A stretch of 64,000 bases of DNA from Dehalococcoidia bacterium (GTDB lineage Bacteria; Chloroflexota; Dehalococcoidia; Lucifugimonadales; UBA3495): assembly GCA_965247605.1 (NCBI GenBank), contig CBDFHM010000011.1, positions 327,930-391,929 on the forward strand. Direction: 5' to 3'. Below are positions 41,332 through 51,105 of the stretch, one piece after another. A program made the translations under genes and the position numbers. Every line of letters starts with the position of its first letter. Within the stretch, counting starts at the first letter, position 1. Below the pieces are notes generated by a model. That model had not been told where the DNA came from. It worked only from the letters and a program-made list of their open reading frames with translations, and made no database searches.

Positions 41332-41889
41332 TCATCGTATTTCCCTGAGTTGGTGGGGTAAACACTGAGGTAACAATTCAGTATCAACCGTTACCATCTT
41401 CTGGCAAACGACAAGCGTTTCTAAGTGAGTCCCTACGGGGTACAAGGTATCGACGATTTTGGTGACATTGAGCACGATTGCGTTCCCGTCTTTAAGCTGA
41501 AAGAGCCCTTTCCAAATGACGAATTCTGTATCTGTGGATTTAATCAGTTGGCCTCTAAAATAGAGAACGGGTGGGATTGAATCGATGGGTCCGCCCCTGT
41601 CTGCCCAAGCGGCAAGGCTATATCGATCGAAATTGTTGAGCAGTTTTTCATAGCTAACGACCTGGGCCCTTTCTTTAAGGTCTGCAAACGGCATGTCACT
41701 ATAGCTGACTATCTCAGTAGCTTCAGTGTCGAATATAATCTCATCGCGCGGCAATCCAGCTGGGCTTTCTTCATCTTCATCCGAGCACCCGGTGGATACT
41801 GAAGCAACTATCAGGACCACTATCAGAATTCCGCCACCAACGATTAGCCACCGCTTCCAGTCCCTATTTTGTTGTTTCGATGTAAACAT
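41332..41889 (-). CDS. Hypothetical lipoprotein, locally low-GC gene
   Basis: MFTSKQQNRDWKRWLIVGGGILIVVLIVASVSTGC gives an anchor plus lipobox. The body is visibly more AT-rich than its neighbours. The track's 286-aa form extends upstream through the intergenic spacer into the 3' end of the upstream SMP-30 gene, and that extension is discounted. Confidence 0.5.
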   Translation of the reverse strand: MFTSKQQNRDWKRWLIVGGGILIVVLIVASVSTGCSDEDEESPAGLPRDEIIFDTEATEIVSYSDMPFADLKERAQVVSYEKLLNNFDRYSLAAWADRGGPIDSIPPVLYFRGQLIKSTDTEFVIWKGLFQLKDGNAIVLNVTKIVDTLYPVGTHLETLVVCQKMVTVDTELLPQCLPHQLREIR

Positions 41890-42017
41890 TCCGGGGCCGG
41901 TGCCAATAATTGTTCTATGGCTGCAAAGATCTTGCAGACAAAGCGATTCTACTCCCGATGCGTCATAGACATCCGGTTTGCGGTCGAGCGAGTCTGCAGA
42001 TGTAGAGCGGCTACTAA

Positions 42018-42938
42018 CTACCTCCCCACCGGCACCGGCAAACCCGCGATCTTTAGCTGGATGCTCCCCAAAGTATTGCGGGTGGTGAAGAACAGGGTCT
42101 TCCAGTCGCTGCCGCCCCAGGCGATGTTTGTCGTGCCCGCCGCCCCGTGCACGATGGTGCCTAGGTGCTTGCCGCTGGGGTCCAACACCCAAATGCCACC
42201 TGACCCTCCGCAGTACATATTCCCTTCCACATCGACCTTCATCCCGTCGGGCGCTCCCGGCCGTTCACCCCTTAAGGTAGCGTAAACGCGGTCCGAGGCG
42301 AGAGCCAGCGTCCCGTTGGGCTGCAAGTCGAAGGCTCTGATGTGCCCTTTTCGGGAGTCGTTGACGTACAGCACGCTCTCGTCGGGAGAAAAGGCCAGTC
42401 CATTGGGGATGACAAAATCCCCCACCAGTAGAGTCAGGGTCCCCAAGTCCGGGGTTACCCGGTACACTCCGGAAAATCCCAGGTCCCACTGGTTTGCCGC
42501 CGCCGGGCTGGTCCAGGGGTCGGTGAAATATATGCAGCCGTCCGACTTAACCACCACGTCGTTGGGGCGGTTTAGCTGTCTGCCCTGGTAGCTGTTGGAC
42601 ACGACCGATATGCTCCCGTCATGCTCTAGGCGGGTCACCCGGCGAGAGTCGTGCTCGCAGGCGATCAGCCGCCCCTGGAGGTCCCGGGTCAGACCGTTGG
42701 CCCGGTTGGTGGGCTCGTGAAAGAGGGAAACTCCCTCCCCGGCAGCCCACTTCATCCGCCGGTTATTGTGGATATCGCTGAAGAGTAGGTAACTTCCTTC
42801 TTTCCACCAGAGCGGTCCCTCGGCCGGTCCCTGGTCGCCGCCATAACCGGTGCCCAACTCCTCGATCTGTTGGTTCTGTGCAACTATGCGCTCCAGCTCC
42901 GGAGCGATCTGCTCTATCGGCATAACTGCCTCCTTCAA
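42018..42938 (-). CDS. SMP-30/gluconolactonase/LRE family protein
   Basis: ..EGPLWWKEGSYLLFSDI.., NRANGLTRD, RPNDVVVKSDGCIYFTDP and PNGLAFSPDESVLYV are beta-propeller motifs. Confidence 0.85.
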   Translation of the reverse strand: MKEAVMPIEQIAPELERIVAQNQQIEELGTGYGGDQGPAEGPLWWKEGSYLLFSDIHNNRRMKWAAGEGVSLFHEPTNRANGLTRDLQGRLIACEHDSRRVTRLEHDGSISVVSNSYQGRQLNRPNDVVVKSDGCIYFTDPWTSPAAANQWDLGFSGVYRVTPDLGTLTLLVGDFVIPNGLAFSPDESVLYVNDSRKGHIRAFDLQPNGTLALASDRVYATLRGERPGAPDGMKVDVEGNMYCGGSGGIWVLDPSGKHLGTIVHGAAGTTNIAWGGSDWKTLFFTTRNTLGSIQLKIAGLPVPVGR

Positions 42939-43194
42939 GTTGCTCTCAAAGTTGCTCGTTTGGGGAATTATAATACCAATTCATCACGGCCGGCATACCT
43001 TTACCCGGCGGCGTGGGAAAATGAGCTTGCCACGGCCTGCGCGAGTCCATATAATGGCTTCGTTCCCTATGCACCACATGGCCTCACGCAACGGAGGCAG
43101 CAACCGTAAATGTGTGTGCGCATGCCGTCGTATCACGGCATGACAGGCCCTCTTCCGGTGAAATCAGGCGGTGAATTTAGGCAAGGAGGCAACT

Positions 43195-44394
43195 ATGGTT
43201 GATCAACTAGCCCGGCCCAAGGATAAAGTAGAAGTCTACTGGTTCTCGGAGCAACCCAACGGTTACATCAACGACGAGATACTCAATCAGTACGATTCGG
43301 GGCGTCTTGGCTTTCCCAACACCCACTTCGATCCGGAAAAGGCCCATGTACTGTACAACGAGTACCATGAGCAATACGCCTTGGCCGACGAGATGGGATT
43401 CGACGGCATTATGAGCAACGAGCACCACGCAGCCTACTGGTGCATGAAACCTGCCGTTAATCTGGATGCTGCCGTCATCTCGAAAGTCACCAAAAACGTG
43501 AAGATAGCCATCCTGGGCAACGTCATCGCCATCAATGACCCCATTAGAATGGCAGAAGAGATTGCCATGCTGGACTGCTACTCCGGTGGCAGAATTATCT
43601 CCGGATTCGTGAGGGGTGGCGCCGTCGAGAGCCTACAGGGCGGGATCGACCCCACGACGAACCGGGAGCGGTTCGAGGAGGCCCACGACCTTATCATCAA
43701 GTGCTGGACCGAGCCGGGGCCATTCCGCTATGAGGGAAAATATTACCACAACCGGGTCGTAAACCCATGGGTACTGCCCATGCAGAAACCCCACCCAGAC
43801 ATCTGGTTCCCCGGCACTGGTAGCCCGGAAAGCGTAGTGTGGGCCGCCAGCCACGGCCATCCCTACATGAACCTTGGGGCGGCATTGGACGTCACGATGT
43901 GGTTGAAGGACATTTATATCGACACATCCAAGGAAGCTGGGTACACGCCCGGACCGGAGCACTTCGGCTACCTGCTCAAAGCCTTTGTGGCCGACACCGA
44001 TGAGAAAGCCCAGGAGATTGGACGCCAATACATGTGGACCGAGCAAAACCGCATGAAGGGTCCTGCCGAGCACAACGACCCGCCCGGATACCAGTCCCGG
44101 GAGGCGCTAAGGGTGAAGCGGCAGCGGCCGACAGGCCAATTCGGGGGCGTTACCAACCGTATGACCTATGAGCAGCAGCAAGACATTAACATCGTCATCG
44201 TGGGTAGCCCGGAGACCGTAACCAGAAAGCTGACGGAGACCATAGAGAAGCTCAACCCCGGCTACCTGCACATCTACGGAAACGAGGGCGCCATGCCCCA
44301 TGCCGACGTGATGCGCTCCATTGAGCTGATGGGGCAAGAGGTAATCCCCGCCCTGCACGAGATCAAGCTGCGACCCTACGAACAGGCCCGTTAA
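43195..44394 (+). CDS. Luciferase-like (LLM class) flavin-dependent monooxygenase
   Basis: Start placed at ATG 43195 with AAGGAGG 6 nt upstream. Paralog of 5564-6841 (shared ...NEHH..., GRIISGFVRG, WTEPGPFRYEGKYY, KPHPDIWFPG). Confidence 0.85.
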   Translation: MVDQLARPKDKVEVYWFSEQPNGYINDEILNQYDSGRLGFPNTHFDPEKAHVLYNEYHEQYALADEMGFDGIMSNEHHAAYWCMKPAVNLDAAVISKVTKNVKIAILGNVIAINDPIRMAEEIAMLDCYSGGRIISGFVRGGAVESLQGGIDPTTNRERFEEAHDLIIKCWTEPGPFRYEGKYYHNRVVNPWVLPMQKPHPDIWFPGTGSPESVVWAASHGHPYMNLGAALDVTMWLKDIYIDTSKEAGYTPGPEHFGYLLKAFVADTDEKAQEIGRQYMWTEQNRMKGPAEHNDPPGYQSREALRVKRQRPTGQFGGVTNRMTYEQQQDINIVIVGSPETVTRKLTETIEKLNPGYLHIYGNEGAMPHADVMRSIELMGQEVIPALHEIKLRPYEQAR

Positions 44395-44408
44395 CACTAC
44401 CCGGAGAC

Positions 44409-44451
44409 AATCCCCCTTAGCCCCCTTTTCCAAGAGGGACTAAGGGGGATT
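44409..44451. repeat. AATCCCCC...GGGGGATT hairpin repeat (terminator-like, after the LLM gene)
   Basis: Perfect 12-bp arms AATCCCCCTTAG (44409-44420) and CTAAGGGGGATT (44440-44451). Confidence 0.65.
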
Positions 44452-44528
44452 TAATCTAGTAACCTGACCTCCCGTTTTCTTGGTAGAAGATCCGAGGTCC
44501 AATCAGAAAATGTCTAAGGAGGTTCACC

Positions 44529-44888
44529 ATGGCGTTCAAGCTCAATCATATTCACCTTAAGACGCCAGATCCCCAGAAGACGGCCCAGTTCTACGTGGAC
44601 AACCTGGGCGCCAAGATAATTGGAGAGGCCGGTAGCAACGGTTTGCGGATGGACCTGCATGGCCTCACTGTGAACGTAACCAAGTTCATCGATAGCCAGT
44701 CCCACGAGCAGAAATATGGCATGGAGCACATCGCCATAGATACTGACGATATGCCCAACCTGGTGGCCAAGCTAAAGGCCAGTGGGGCGAAGGTCCTGGA
44801 GGAGACGACGGTGGGCAACGGCCGCAAGGTCTGTTTCTTCGAAGGCCCCGACGGCGTCCATCTTGAATTTCTGGAAGTCCAGAACTAG
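44529..44888 (+). CDS. VOC (glyoxalase/bleomycin-resistance/dioxygenase) family protein
   Basis: LNHIHLKTPDPQKTAQFYVDNLGAK...GMEHIAIDTDDM...FFEGPDGVHLEF. Confidence 0.8.
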   Translation: MAFKLNHIHLKTPDPQKTAQFYVDNLGAKIIGEAGSNGLRMDLHGLTVNVTKFIDSQSHEQKYGMEHIAIDTDDMPNLVAKLKASGAKVLEETTVGNGRKVCFFEGPDGVHLEFLEVQN

Positions 44889-45078
44889 CGGGCTCTCGGA
44901 ACGCGGTAAATGCCGCCCGGAGTCCCTTGTTTCCGAATGCCCTAGCTACTCGTCTTTTCTTTCCCGGTCTCTTCTCTCCTATTTGAGAGGCGTCGGGAAG
45001 GGGCTTATGCATGGTCTACCGGCTTCCACAGGACCGCCAGATTTAGGACCCCAAATTGCTTTGCTCTTGGAGGATTGA

Positions 45079-45732
45079 ATGTTGTACGAACTTCGCGTAT
45101 ATGACGCCATGCCGGGCAAGCTGGGCGCGCTGAACGACCGCTTTGCCAATCATACGACTGGCTTCTTCAAAAACCACGGTATCGGGATGGTGGGGTTCTG
45201 GACCGCAGTAATCGGCACCAGCAACCAGCTCACCTACATATTGAGCTTCGATGACATGGCCGACCGGGAGAAAAAATGGAGCGCTTTTCAGGCTGACCCC
45301 GGCTGGCACAAAGCGCGGGCCGATTCTGAAACCGATGGGCCCCTAAACGCCAGGGTCCAGAACAGCTTCATGCAATTGACCCCCTACTCGCCTCAGCCCA
45401 AGATCAACACCAATCTCCAGGAACTTCGCGTCTACCACGCCGTGCCCGGCAAACTGCCGGCCCTTAACGCCCGGTTCGCCGACCATACCACCCACCTGTT
45501 CGAGAAGCACGGTATCAAAAACGTCGGCTATTGGACCCTGGACGTGGGGACCAGTAATCAGTTGTTTTACATGGTGGGGCACGCCAGCCTGGCAGACCGG
45601 GAGAAGAACTGGGCTGCTTTCGGCTCCGACCCCGACTGGCAGAAGGCCAGGGTCGAGTCGGAGAAAGGCGGACCCCTCACGTCGCAAACCCACAGCTCCA
45701 TCCTACAGCCCACCGCCTACTCCCCGCGCTAG
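45079..45732 (+). CDS. Tandem NIPSNAP domain protein
   Basis: Two internal repeats, MLYELRVYDAMPGKLGALNDRFANHT.. and LQELRVYHAVPGKLPALNARFADHT... Confidence 0.8.
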   Translation: MLYELRVYDAMPGKLGALNDRFANHTTGFFKNHGIGMVGFWTAVIGTSNQLTYILSFDDMADREKKWSAFQADPGWHKARADSETDGPLNARVQNSFMQLTPYSPQPKINTNLQELRVYHAVPGKLPALNARFADHTTHLFEKHGIKNVGYWTLDVGTSNQLFYMVGHASLADREKNWAAFGSDPDWQKARVESEKGGPLTSQTHSSILQPTAYSPR

Positions 45733-45827
45733 CGGGCCGGGGCGCCGGATGTACCGTTGGCCTGCACCGGGTTAGGGCAACTGCCGGTGCTGATAAGATG
45801 TACGCGCGCCACTTGTTAGCGCTGGTG

Positions 45828-45857
45828 ATAATCCCCCCTTGGCCGAGGGGGGATTAT
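45828..45857. repeat. AATCCCCCC hairpin repeat (perfect 12-bp stem)
   Basis: ATAATCCCCCCT - TGGCCG - AGGGGGGATTAT. Confidence 0.65.
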
Positions 45858-45893
45858 GATGTTTGGGCCGCCCTGGCAACTGGAGCGTCAACA

Positions 45894-45922
45894 TTGACGG
45901 CTCTCTAATCCCTGTCTACAAT
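45894..45922 (+). promoter_or_regulatory. Candidate sigma70-type promoter flanked by CGTCA/TGACG palindromes
   Basis: TTGACG (45894-45899), 17-nt spacer, TACAAT (45917-45922). The -35 element sits inside the palindrome CGTCAACATTGACG (45886-45899). A second palindrome, CGTCACGTTAACGTCAA, lies at 45937-45953. Confidence 0.35.
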
Positions 45923-45997
45923 CGCGGTCATTATAGCGTCACGTTAACGTCAATCGCAGGGGAGCGGTCCTGAGGAGTTCAGGTCCGTTCGTGCAGC

Positions 45998-46035
45998 GGG
46001 ACGGCGTCTGCTATCTGGGACGGCGTCCGCTATCT
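45998..46035 (+). repeat. Tandem 19-bp direct repeat upstream of the ATP-NAD-kinase-like gene
   Basis: GGGACGGCGTCTGCTATCT followed by GGGACGGCGTCCGCTATCT (one mismatch). Ends 24 nt before ATG 46060. Confidence 0.7.
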
Positions 46036-46059
46036 TAAGTAAGAACCAGACCTAGGAGG

Positions 46060-47091
46060 ATGGCCTTGGCGTTGGTGGGAATAATCGCTAATCCGGCGGC
46101 CAGCAAGGATATCCGCCGGTTGGTGGCCCAGGGAAGAGTGGTCCCCGACTGGGAAAAAGTGAACATTGTACGGCGGGTACTCCTGGGGTTGGAGGCCGTT
46201 GGCGCCCGCCGGGTGGTGGCCATGCCCGACAGCTCGCACCTGGTGGAGCGGGCCAGGGACGACTCCAGTCTATCCCTTGACTTGGAAATGCTGGACATGC
46301 CCGCCATGTACGTCGAGGGCGACACGGTACGGGCCGCTGCTTTGATGCAGGAGATGGCTGTCGACTGCCTGGTGACCCTGGGGGGAGACGGCACCAACCG
46401 TGCTGTTGCCAAAGGCTGTGTCTCAATACCCTTGGTTGCGATATCAACCGGTACTAACAACGTGTTTCCCGTCATGATAGAGGGTACCCTGGCGGGCTTG
46501 GTCGCCGGCCTGGTGGCTAACGGTAAGCTGGACTTGGAGACCGTTTCCGTGGTCAGCAAGACCCTGGAGGTGTACGTCGACGGCGAGTACCGGGATGTGG
46601 CGCTGGTAGACGTGGCCTTGTCCCGGGAGCGCTTCGTGGCCACCAGAGCCATCTGGGATATCAAAACCATCTACCAGGTTTTCCTGACCCGGTCCGAGCC
46701 CGCCGCCATAGGCCTGTCCGCGGTGGGGGCCCGCTTGTCCTCGGTATCCATGGCCGACCCGGGAGGACTGTACTATGTGCTCAACGGCCCAGAGGAAACA
46801 GCGACGGATGCCCGCGGCCGTATCGCCGACGGCTCTTCCGCTCTCGTATTAGCGCCCATCGCTCCTGGGATGATCCCCCAGGTAGACATTTCCTCCTGGG
46901 GTCCTTTGGTTGCCGGAGAGCGCGTGGCGGTGGAGAGGCGCCAATATACCGTTGCCTTGGACGGGGAGAGGGCCTTCAGTGTCAACGGCAGCCAGCAACT
47001 GGAAATAGCCCTCCAACACAATGGGCCGCCCGTGGTACAGCCGGAAATGGCACTCCGGCAGGCGGCGGCCCAAGGGCTATTTAGGTTGTAG
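46060..47091 (+). CDS. ATP-NAD kinase family protein
   Basis: The VTLGGDGTNRAV motif and a length of about 340 aa fit the NAD-kinase-like (AcoX-type) family. Confidence 0.6.
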   Translation: MALALVGIIANPAASKDIRRLVAQGRVVPDWEKVNIVRRVLLGLEAVGARRVVAMPDSSHLVERARDDSSLSLDLEMLDMPAMYVEGDTVRAAALMQEMAVDCLVTLGGDGTNRAVAKGCVSIPLVAISTGTNNVFPVMIEGTLAGLVAGLVANGKLDLETVSVVSKTLEVYVDGEYRDVALVDVALSRERFVATRAIWDIKTIYQVFLTRSEPAAIGLSAVGARLSSVSMADPGGLYYVLNGPEETATDARGRIADGSSALVLAPIAPGMIPQVDISSWGPLVAGERVAVERRQYTVALDGERAFSVNGSQQLEIALQHNGPPVVQPEMALRQAAAQGLFRL

Positions 47092-47172
47092 CTGCCCGCA
47101 AGGGCGCTCCTATCTCACCCGTCTCACCCAGCTTGGCCATCGGCCCCGCCATCACCGTCCCGGAGAAGATAT

Positions 47173-47913
47173 TTGCTATCCGGCCTCGACCTGTTGATCG
47201 CCCTTACCATCATTTTGGTTGGGGCCACAGTCATGGGCACCCTGGGATTCGGGTTGGGCCTGGTGACGGTGCCCGTTTTGATGGAGCTGGTAGACCCACA
47301 ATCCGTAGTCATTATTGTCAACGGTAGTATCGCAGTATTAATGCTGTTGGTGCTGCTGCAGGTCCGCCAACACCTGGACCTGCGGTTGGCGGGAGGGATG
47401 GCCCTGGGGGGGTTGGCGGCAACACCCATCGGAGTGCTGGCTCTGGATACCGCCAACCCCACCGTGCTGCGGTTGGCTATAGCTCTGGTTATCGTGGCGC
47501 TGGCGGTATTGAGCCTGTTCCGCGTCCAGTTGCCCCTTGCCCATAAAAGGCCGGCCGGGCCTGTTTTGGGTTTCCTGACGTCTCTGTCCGTGACGACACT
47601 TAGCATCGGCGGACCGCTGGTTGCCATTTACGGTGTTACACGGGGCTGGACCCCTCCTGTCATGAGGGCGTCCCTGGCCATCTTCTTCATCGTATTTGAG
47701 GTCGCGGCACTATCGCTGTACGCGCTGTCCGGTCTGGCTGATAAGGAAGACGCCGCCAACATCGCGGTTCTGCTGCCCGCTGTTTTGGCAGGCTTCGCCC
47801 TGGCTACAGTGCTCGTAGGGCGAATGAACGCGCCTGTTTTTCGTTACGCAGCCATCGCGGTCATAATCGCCGGTGGCCTGACGCTACTGGGGCGGGAAAT
47901 TGCTAGGCTGTAG
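47173..47913 (+). CDS. TauE/SafE (TSUP) family anion exporter
   Basis: About 8 TM segments with an internal duplication pattern typical of TSUP proteins. TTG start. Confidence 0.65.
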   Translation: MLSGLDLLIALTIILVGATVMGTLGFGLGLVTVPVLMELVDPQSVVIIVNGSIAVLMLLVLLQVRQHLDLRLAGGMALGGLAATPIGVLALDTANPTVLRLAIALVIVALAVLSLFRVQLPLAHKRPAGPVLGFLTSLSVTTLSIGGPLVAIYGVTRGWTPPVMRASLAIFFIVFEVAALSLYALSGLADKEDAANIAVLLPAVLAGFALATVLVGRMNAPVFRYAAIAVIIAGGLTLLGREIARL

Positions 47914-48036
47914 ATAGGGCTGGCACAGGTCGAAATTACCTGGAAACGGTACTAGACGCCACTTCCACCGGGACCTGCCGCGTTGGGAAATCAGGGCCAA
48001 GCGGTGGGTCCGGCGTGGGCCGGGCGGGTCAAGTCC

Positions 48037-48957
48037 CTACTCGCCCAGGTAGTGATAGGCCGCCAAAGCGGCGGTTATTCCATCACCAACGGCCGCGCCT
48101 AGCTGACGGGTCGATTCCGCCCTGGCGTCGCCGCAGGCATAAACCCCTGGAATGTTGGTCCGCATGTGGATGTCGGTGTAGATATGGCCCTGGGGATCCA
48201 TATCAAGATTGTCTTTCAGGTAATCCGTGTTGGGGTGGAAACCAACATAGATGAAGGCCGCCGCCGCGGGATAGTCGTAAACCTTGCCGCTCTTCAGGTC
48301 TTTGACCCGAGCGGCCTCCAGAATTTCGTCGCCAACGAACTCCTCAACCACGTGGCTCCACAGGAAATTCACATTTGGGCTGGAGAAGGCCCGTTCCTGG
48401 AGAACTTTAGTTGCCCGGAGCTCGTCCCGTCGGTGAATCACGGTAACGGAGTTGACTATGGCGCTCAGGTAAAGCCCTTCGTCTATGGCCGAATCACCCC
48501 CGCCTATCACCAACACATCCTGCCCCCGGAAGAAGTTACCGTCGCAGACGGCGCAGTAGGATACGCCCTTACCCGCAAATTGATCTTCGCCGCCAACACC
48601 CAGCTTGTTGTGGGCGCCGCCGGTTGAAATTATGATGGTCTTGGCGGTGTAGTCTCGTTCGTTGGTGTGGACTACCTTTACCGGCTGGTCCAGTTCGTCC
48701 AGACCCTCCACCTCCAAGTACTGCAGCTCGGCGCCAAAGCGCAGCGTCTGCTCCTCCATATCCATCGCCAATTGGGGACCTTTGATGCCGTGAGGGAATC
48801 CCGGGTAGTTCTCGATTTCGTCGGTGATCATGAGCTGACCGCCCGATCCCAGGCACTCAACGATCAGAGTCTTCATCATGGCGCGGGCGGTGTAAAGTCC
48901 GGCGGAAAGTCCCGCGGCCCCAGCACCCAGAATGACAACGTCATAATCAGCATCCAT
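48037..48957 (-). CDS. trxB: Thioredoxin-disulfide reductase
   Basis: GAGAAG FAD motif, CAVC redox centre, GGGDSA NADPH motif and GVYACGD. Confidence 0.9.
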   Translation of the reverse strand: MDADYDVVILGAGAAGLSAGLYTARAMMKTLIVECLGSGGQLMITDEIENYPGFPHGIKGPQLAMDMEEQTLRFGAELQYLEVEGLDELDQPVKVVHTNERDYTAKTIIISTGGAHNKLGVGGEDQFAGKGVSYCAVCDGNFFRGQDVLVIGGGDSAIDEGLYLSAIVNSVTVIHRRDELRATKVLQERAFSSPNVNFLWSHVVEEFVGDEILEAARVKDLKSGKVYDYPAAAAFIYVGFHPNTDYLKDNLDMDPQGHIYTDIHMRTNIPGVYACGDARAESTRQLGAAVGDGITAALAAYHYLGE

Positions 48958-48991
48958 ACCTGCGGGTTTCCTCCTGACCTGGGCTATCGAA

Positions 48992-49937
48992 CTATCTGGC
49001 GGTCCGCACGGCCTTCCTAAAGGATTCTACCGTCTTGTGTAGTCCATCTTCAAGCTTCACCTGGGGAGTCCAGCCCAAATCCTGTGCTGCCCTCGTGCTG
49101 TCCAGGCTGATCTGGTAAACCTCGCCGGGCCGCCTGGGACCGCGCTCCGGGTCCCACTTGTATGTTGTGATGCTCTTGAGCAGCTCGAAGATTCGGTTGA
49201 CGCTGGTCCCCTGGCCGGTTCCGATGTTGTACGATGTGCCATCGCCCCGATCGATGGCGAGGATGTTGGCGTTTACCACGTCTTCGACGGAAACAAAGTC
49301 CCGTTCCTGGTTTCCATCGCCGAATATCTGTGGTTGTTTCCCTTCCAGCATGGCCTGGGTGAATATGGCAACTACTCCACCCTCGCCGTGGGGGTCTTGC
49401 CTGGGGCCGTAAACATTGCCGTTAGCGCAAGGATACATAGTTAATCCGGTGCAGACGCCGGTACAGCTCAAGGTACTGCTCGCCAAGGTACTTGGACAAG
49501 CCGTAGGGTGACAATGGCGCCACCTTGTGACTGTCGCTACATGGGTTGGATTCCGGCTCCCCATATACGGTCCCGCCGCTGGAGGAATAGATGAATTTCT
49601 CTATTCCGCAACGCCTGGCAGCCTCCAGCAGGCGCAGCGTGCCCAATACGTTGATCTCACCGTCCTTCACTGGGTCTTTGGTGGACCTGGAAACGCTTGT
49701 CTGCGCCGCCAGGTGAAAGACGAGGTCTGGCTCTTCCCGCTGGAATACCTCAGAGAGCGAAGGATGGGTGATGTCTACATGGTGGAAGGTCGCGGCCGGA
49801 TTCAGGTTTTTCAGCTTGCCCGTGCTCAGGTTGTCGGCTATTACCACCTTGTATTCCATAGACAACAACCGGTCCACCAGATGGGAACCAATAAATCCGG
49901 CGCCGCCGGTCACTAGGGCCGTCTTGGTTTGGGCCAT
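48992..49937 (-). pseudogene. NAD-dependent epimerase/dehydratase (GalE-like), single frameshift
   Basis: MAQTKTALVTGGAGFIGSHL...SPYGLSKY...INYVSLR reaches TAA, then continues in another frame as ..NGNVYGPRQDPHGEGGVVAIF... Deleting one T of the TT at 49422-49423 (+ strand) gives LRYGNVYGPRQ. Confidence 0.8.
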
Positions 49938-50202
49938 CGTTCCCCTACCTTCCCCCTTAGTTACATTCCACCAAGTATGATAATTCACAGGTATGATAAT
50001 CCTCTTGGGATGGGTAACACAATGGTGTGGGTGAGCTTTCCGGCAATTGTGTTCTGCCCTGCTGCCGCGCGGGAACAGCTGCGCCATCTGTTTGGCCGAA
50101 ACAATGCCGGTTAGGCCTGTGTCTAGTTCGCCACTATGTTGTGTGTTACATTTGCTTCTTGAAATCTGATACTAACTTGGACCGGTGTGAGGAGAACAAA
50201 AC

Positions 50203-51099
50203 ATGGCAGAGCGGATCGGTTTTATCGGACTGGGGATTATGGGCAAGCCGATGGCTCGAAACTTGCTTAAAGCTGGCTATTCATTGACGGTTTTCGACAT
50301 CGTTGGTGAGCCTGTGGAGGAGCTGGTGTCAGAAGGAGCGGCCGGCGCCGGTTCCAACCGGGAGGTGGCCGCCGCCAGCGACAAGATCATCACCATGCTT
50401 CCCGACTCCGCCGACTCTGAGATGGCAATTTTGGGACCCGATGGAGTTCTGGAGGGTGCCCGGCCCGGCGCCATCGTTATCGATATGAGCTCCATCGCGC
50501 CCCTGGTATCCCAGAAAATCGCCGCTGAATGCGCCATAAAGGGCGTGGAGATGTTGGACGCCCCAGTTAGCGGCGGTGAGCCGGGCGCCATAAATGCCGC
50601 CTTAGCCATCATGGTTGGCGGCCAGCAAGATGTTTTCGATGGCTGCTACGACCTATTGAAGACCATGGGCAGCAATGTGGTCTTGACCGGAGACATTGGG
50701 GCCGGAGGCATAACCAAGCTCGCCAACCAGATCATTGTTGCGGCCAACATCGAGGCACTGAGCGAGGCGTTGGTGTTGTCACAAAAGGCTGGGGTTGATC
50801 CGGAAAAGGTGTTCAACGCCATCAGAGGGGGGCTGGCCGGGAGTGCCGTGATGGAAGCCAAGGGTCCGATGATGCTGGACCGTAATTTTCGGGCCGGCTT
50901 CCGCGTGCGCCTCCACCAGAAGGACCTGCGCAACGTATTGCAGACCGGACAGGAGCTGAATGTCCCCCTGCCGGTAACTGCCCTTTTGCAGCAGATGCTG
51001 GGGGCTTTGATCAACGACGGCGAAGCCGATGCCGACCACTCCGCGATCCTTCACTTTTTGGAGAACATGGCCCACGTGGAAGTCAAGCGGGGCGGCTGA
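50203..51099 (+). CDS. NAD(P)-dependent 3-hydroxyacid dehydrogenase (HIBADH / tartronate-semialdehyde reductase family)
   Basis: IGFIGLGIMGKPMARNLLKAGY Rossmann motif and the family-typical C-terminal domain. Confidence 0.85.
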   Translation: MAERIGFIGLGIMGKPMARNLLKAGYSLTVFDIVGEPVEELVSEGAAGAGSNREVAAASDKIITMLPDSADSEMAILGPDGVLEGARPGAIVIDMSSIAPLVSQKIAAECAIKGVEMLDAPVSGGEPGAINAALAIMVGGQQDVFDGCYDLLKTMGSNVVLTGDIGAGGITKLANQIIVAANIEALSEALVLSQKAGVDPEKVFNAIRGGLAGSAVMEAKGPMMLDRNFRAGFRVRLHQKDLRNVLQTGQELNVPLPVTALLQQMLGALINDGEADADHSAILHFLENMAHVEVKRGG

Positions 51100-51105
51100 C
51101 CTCGC

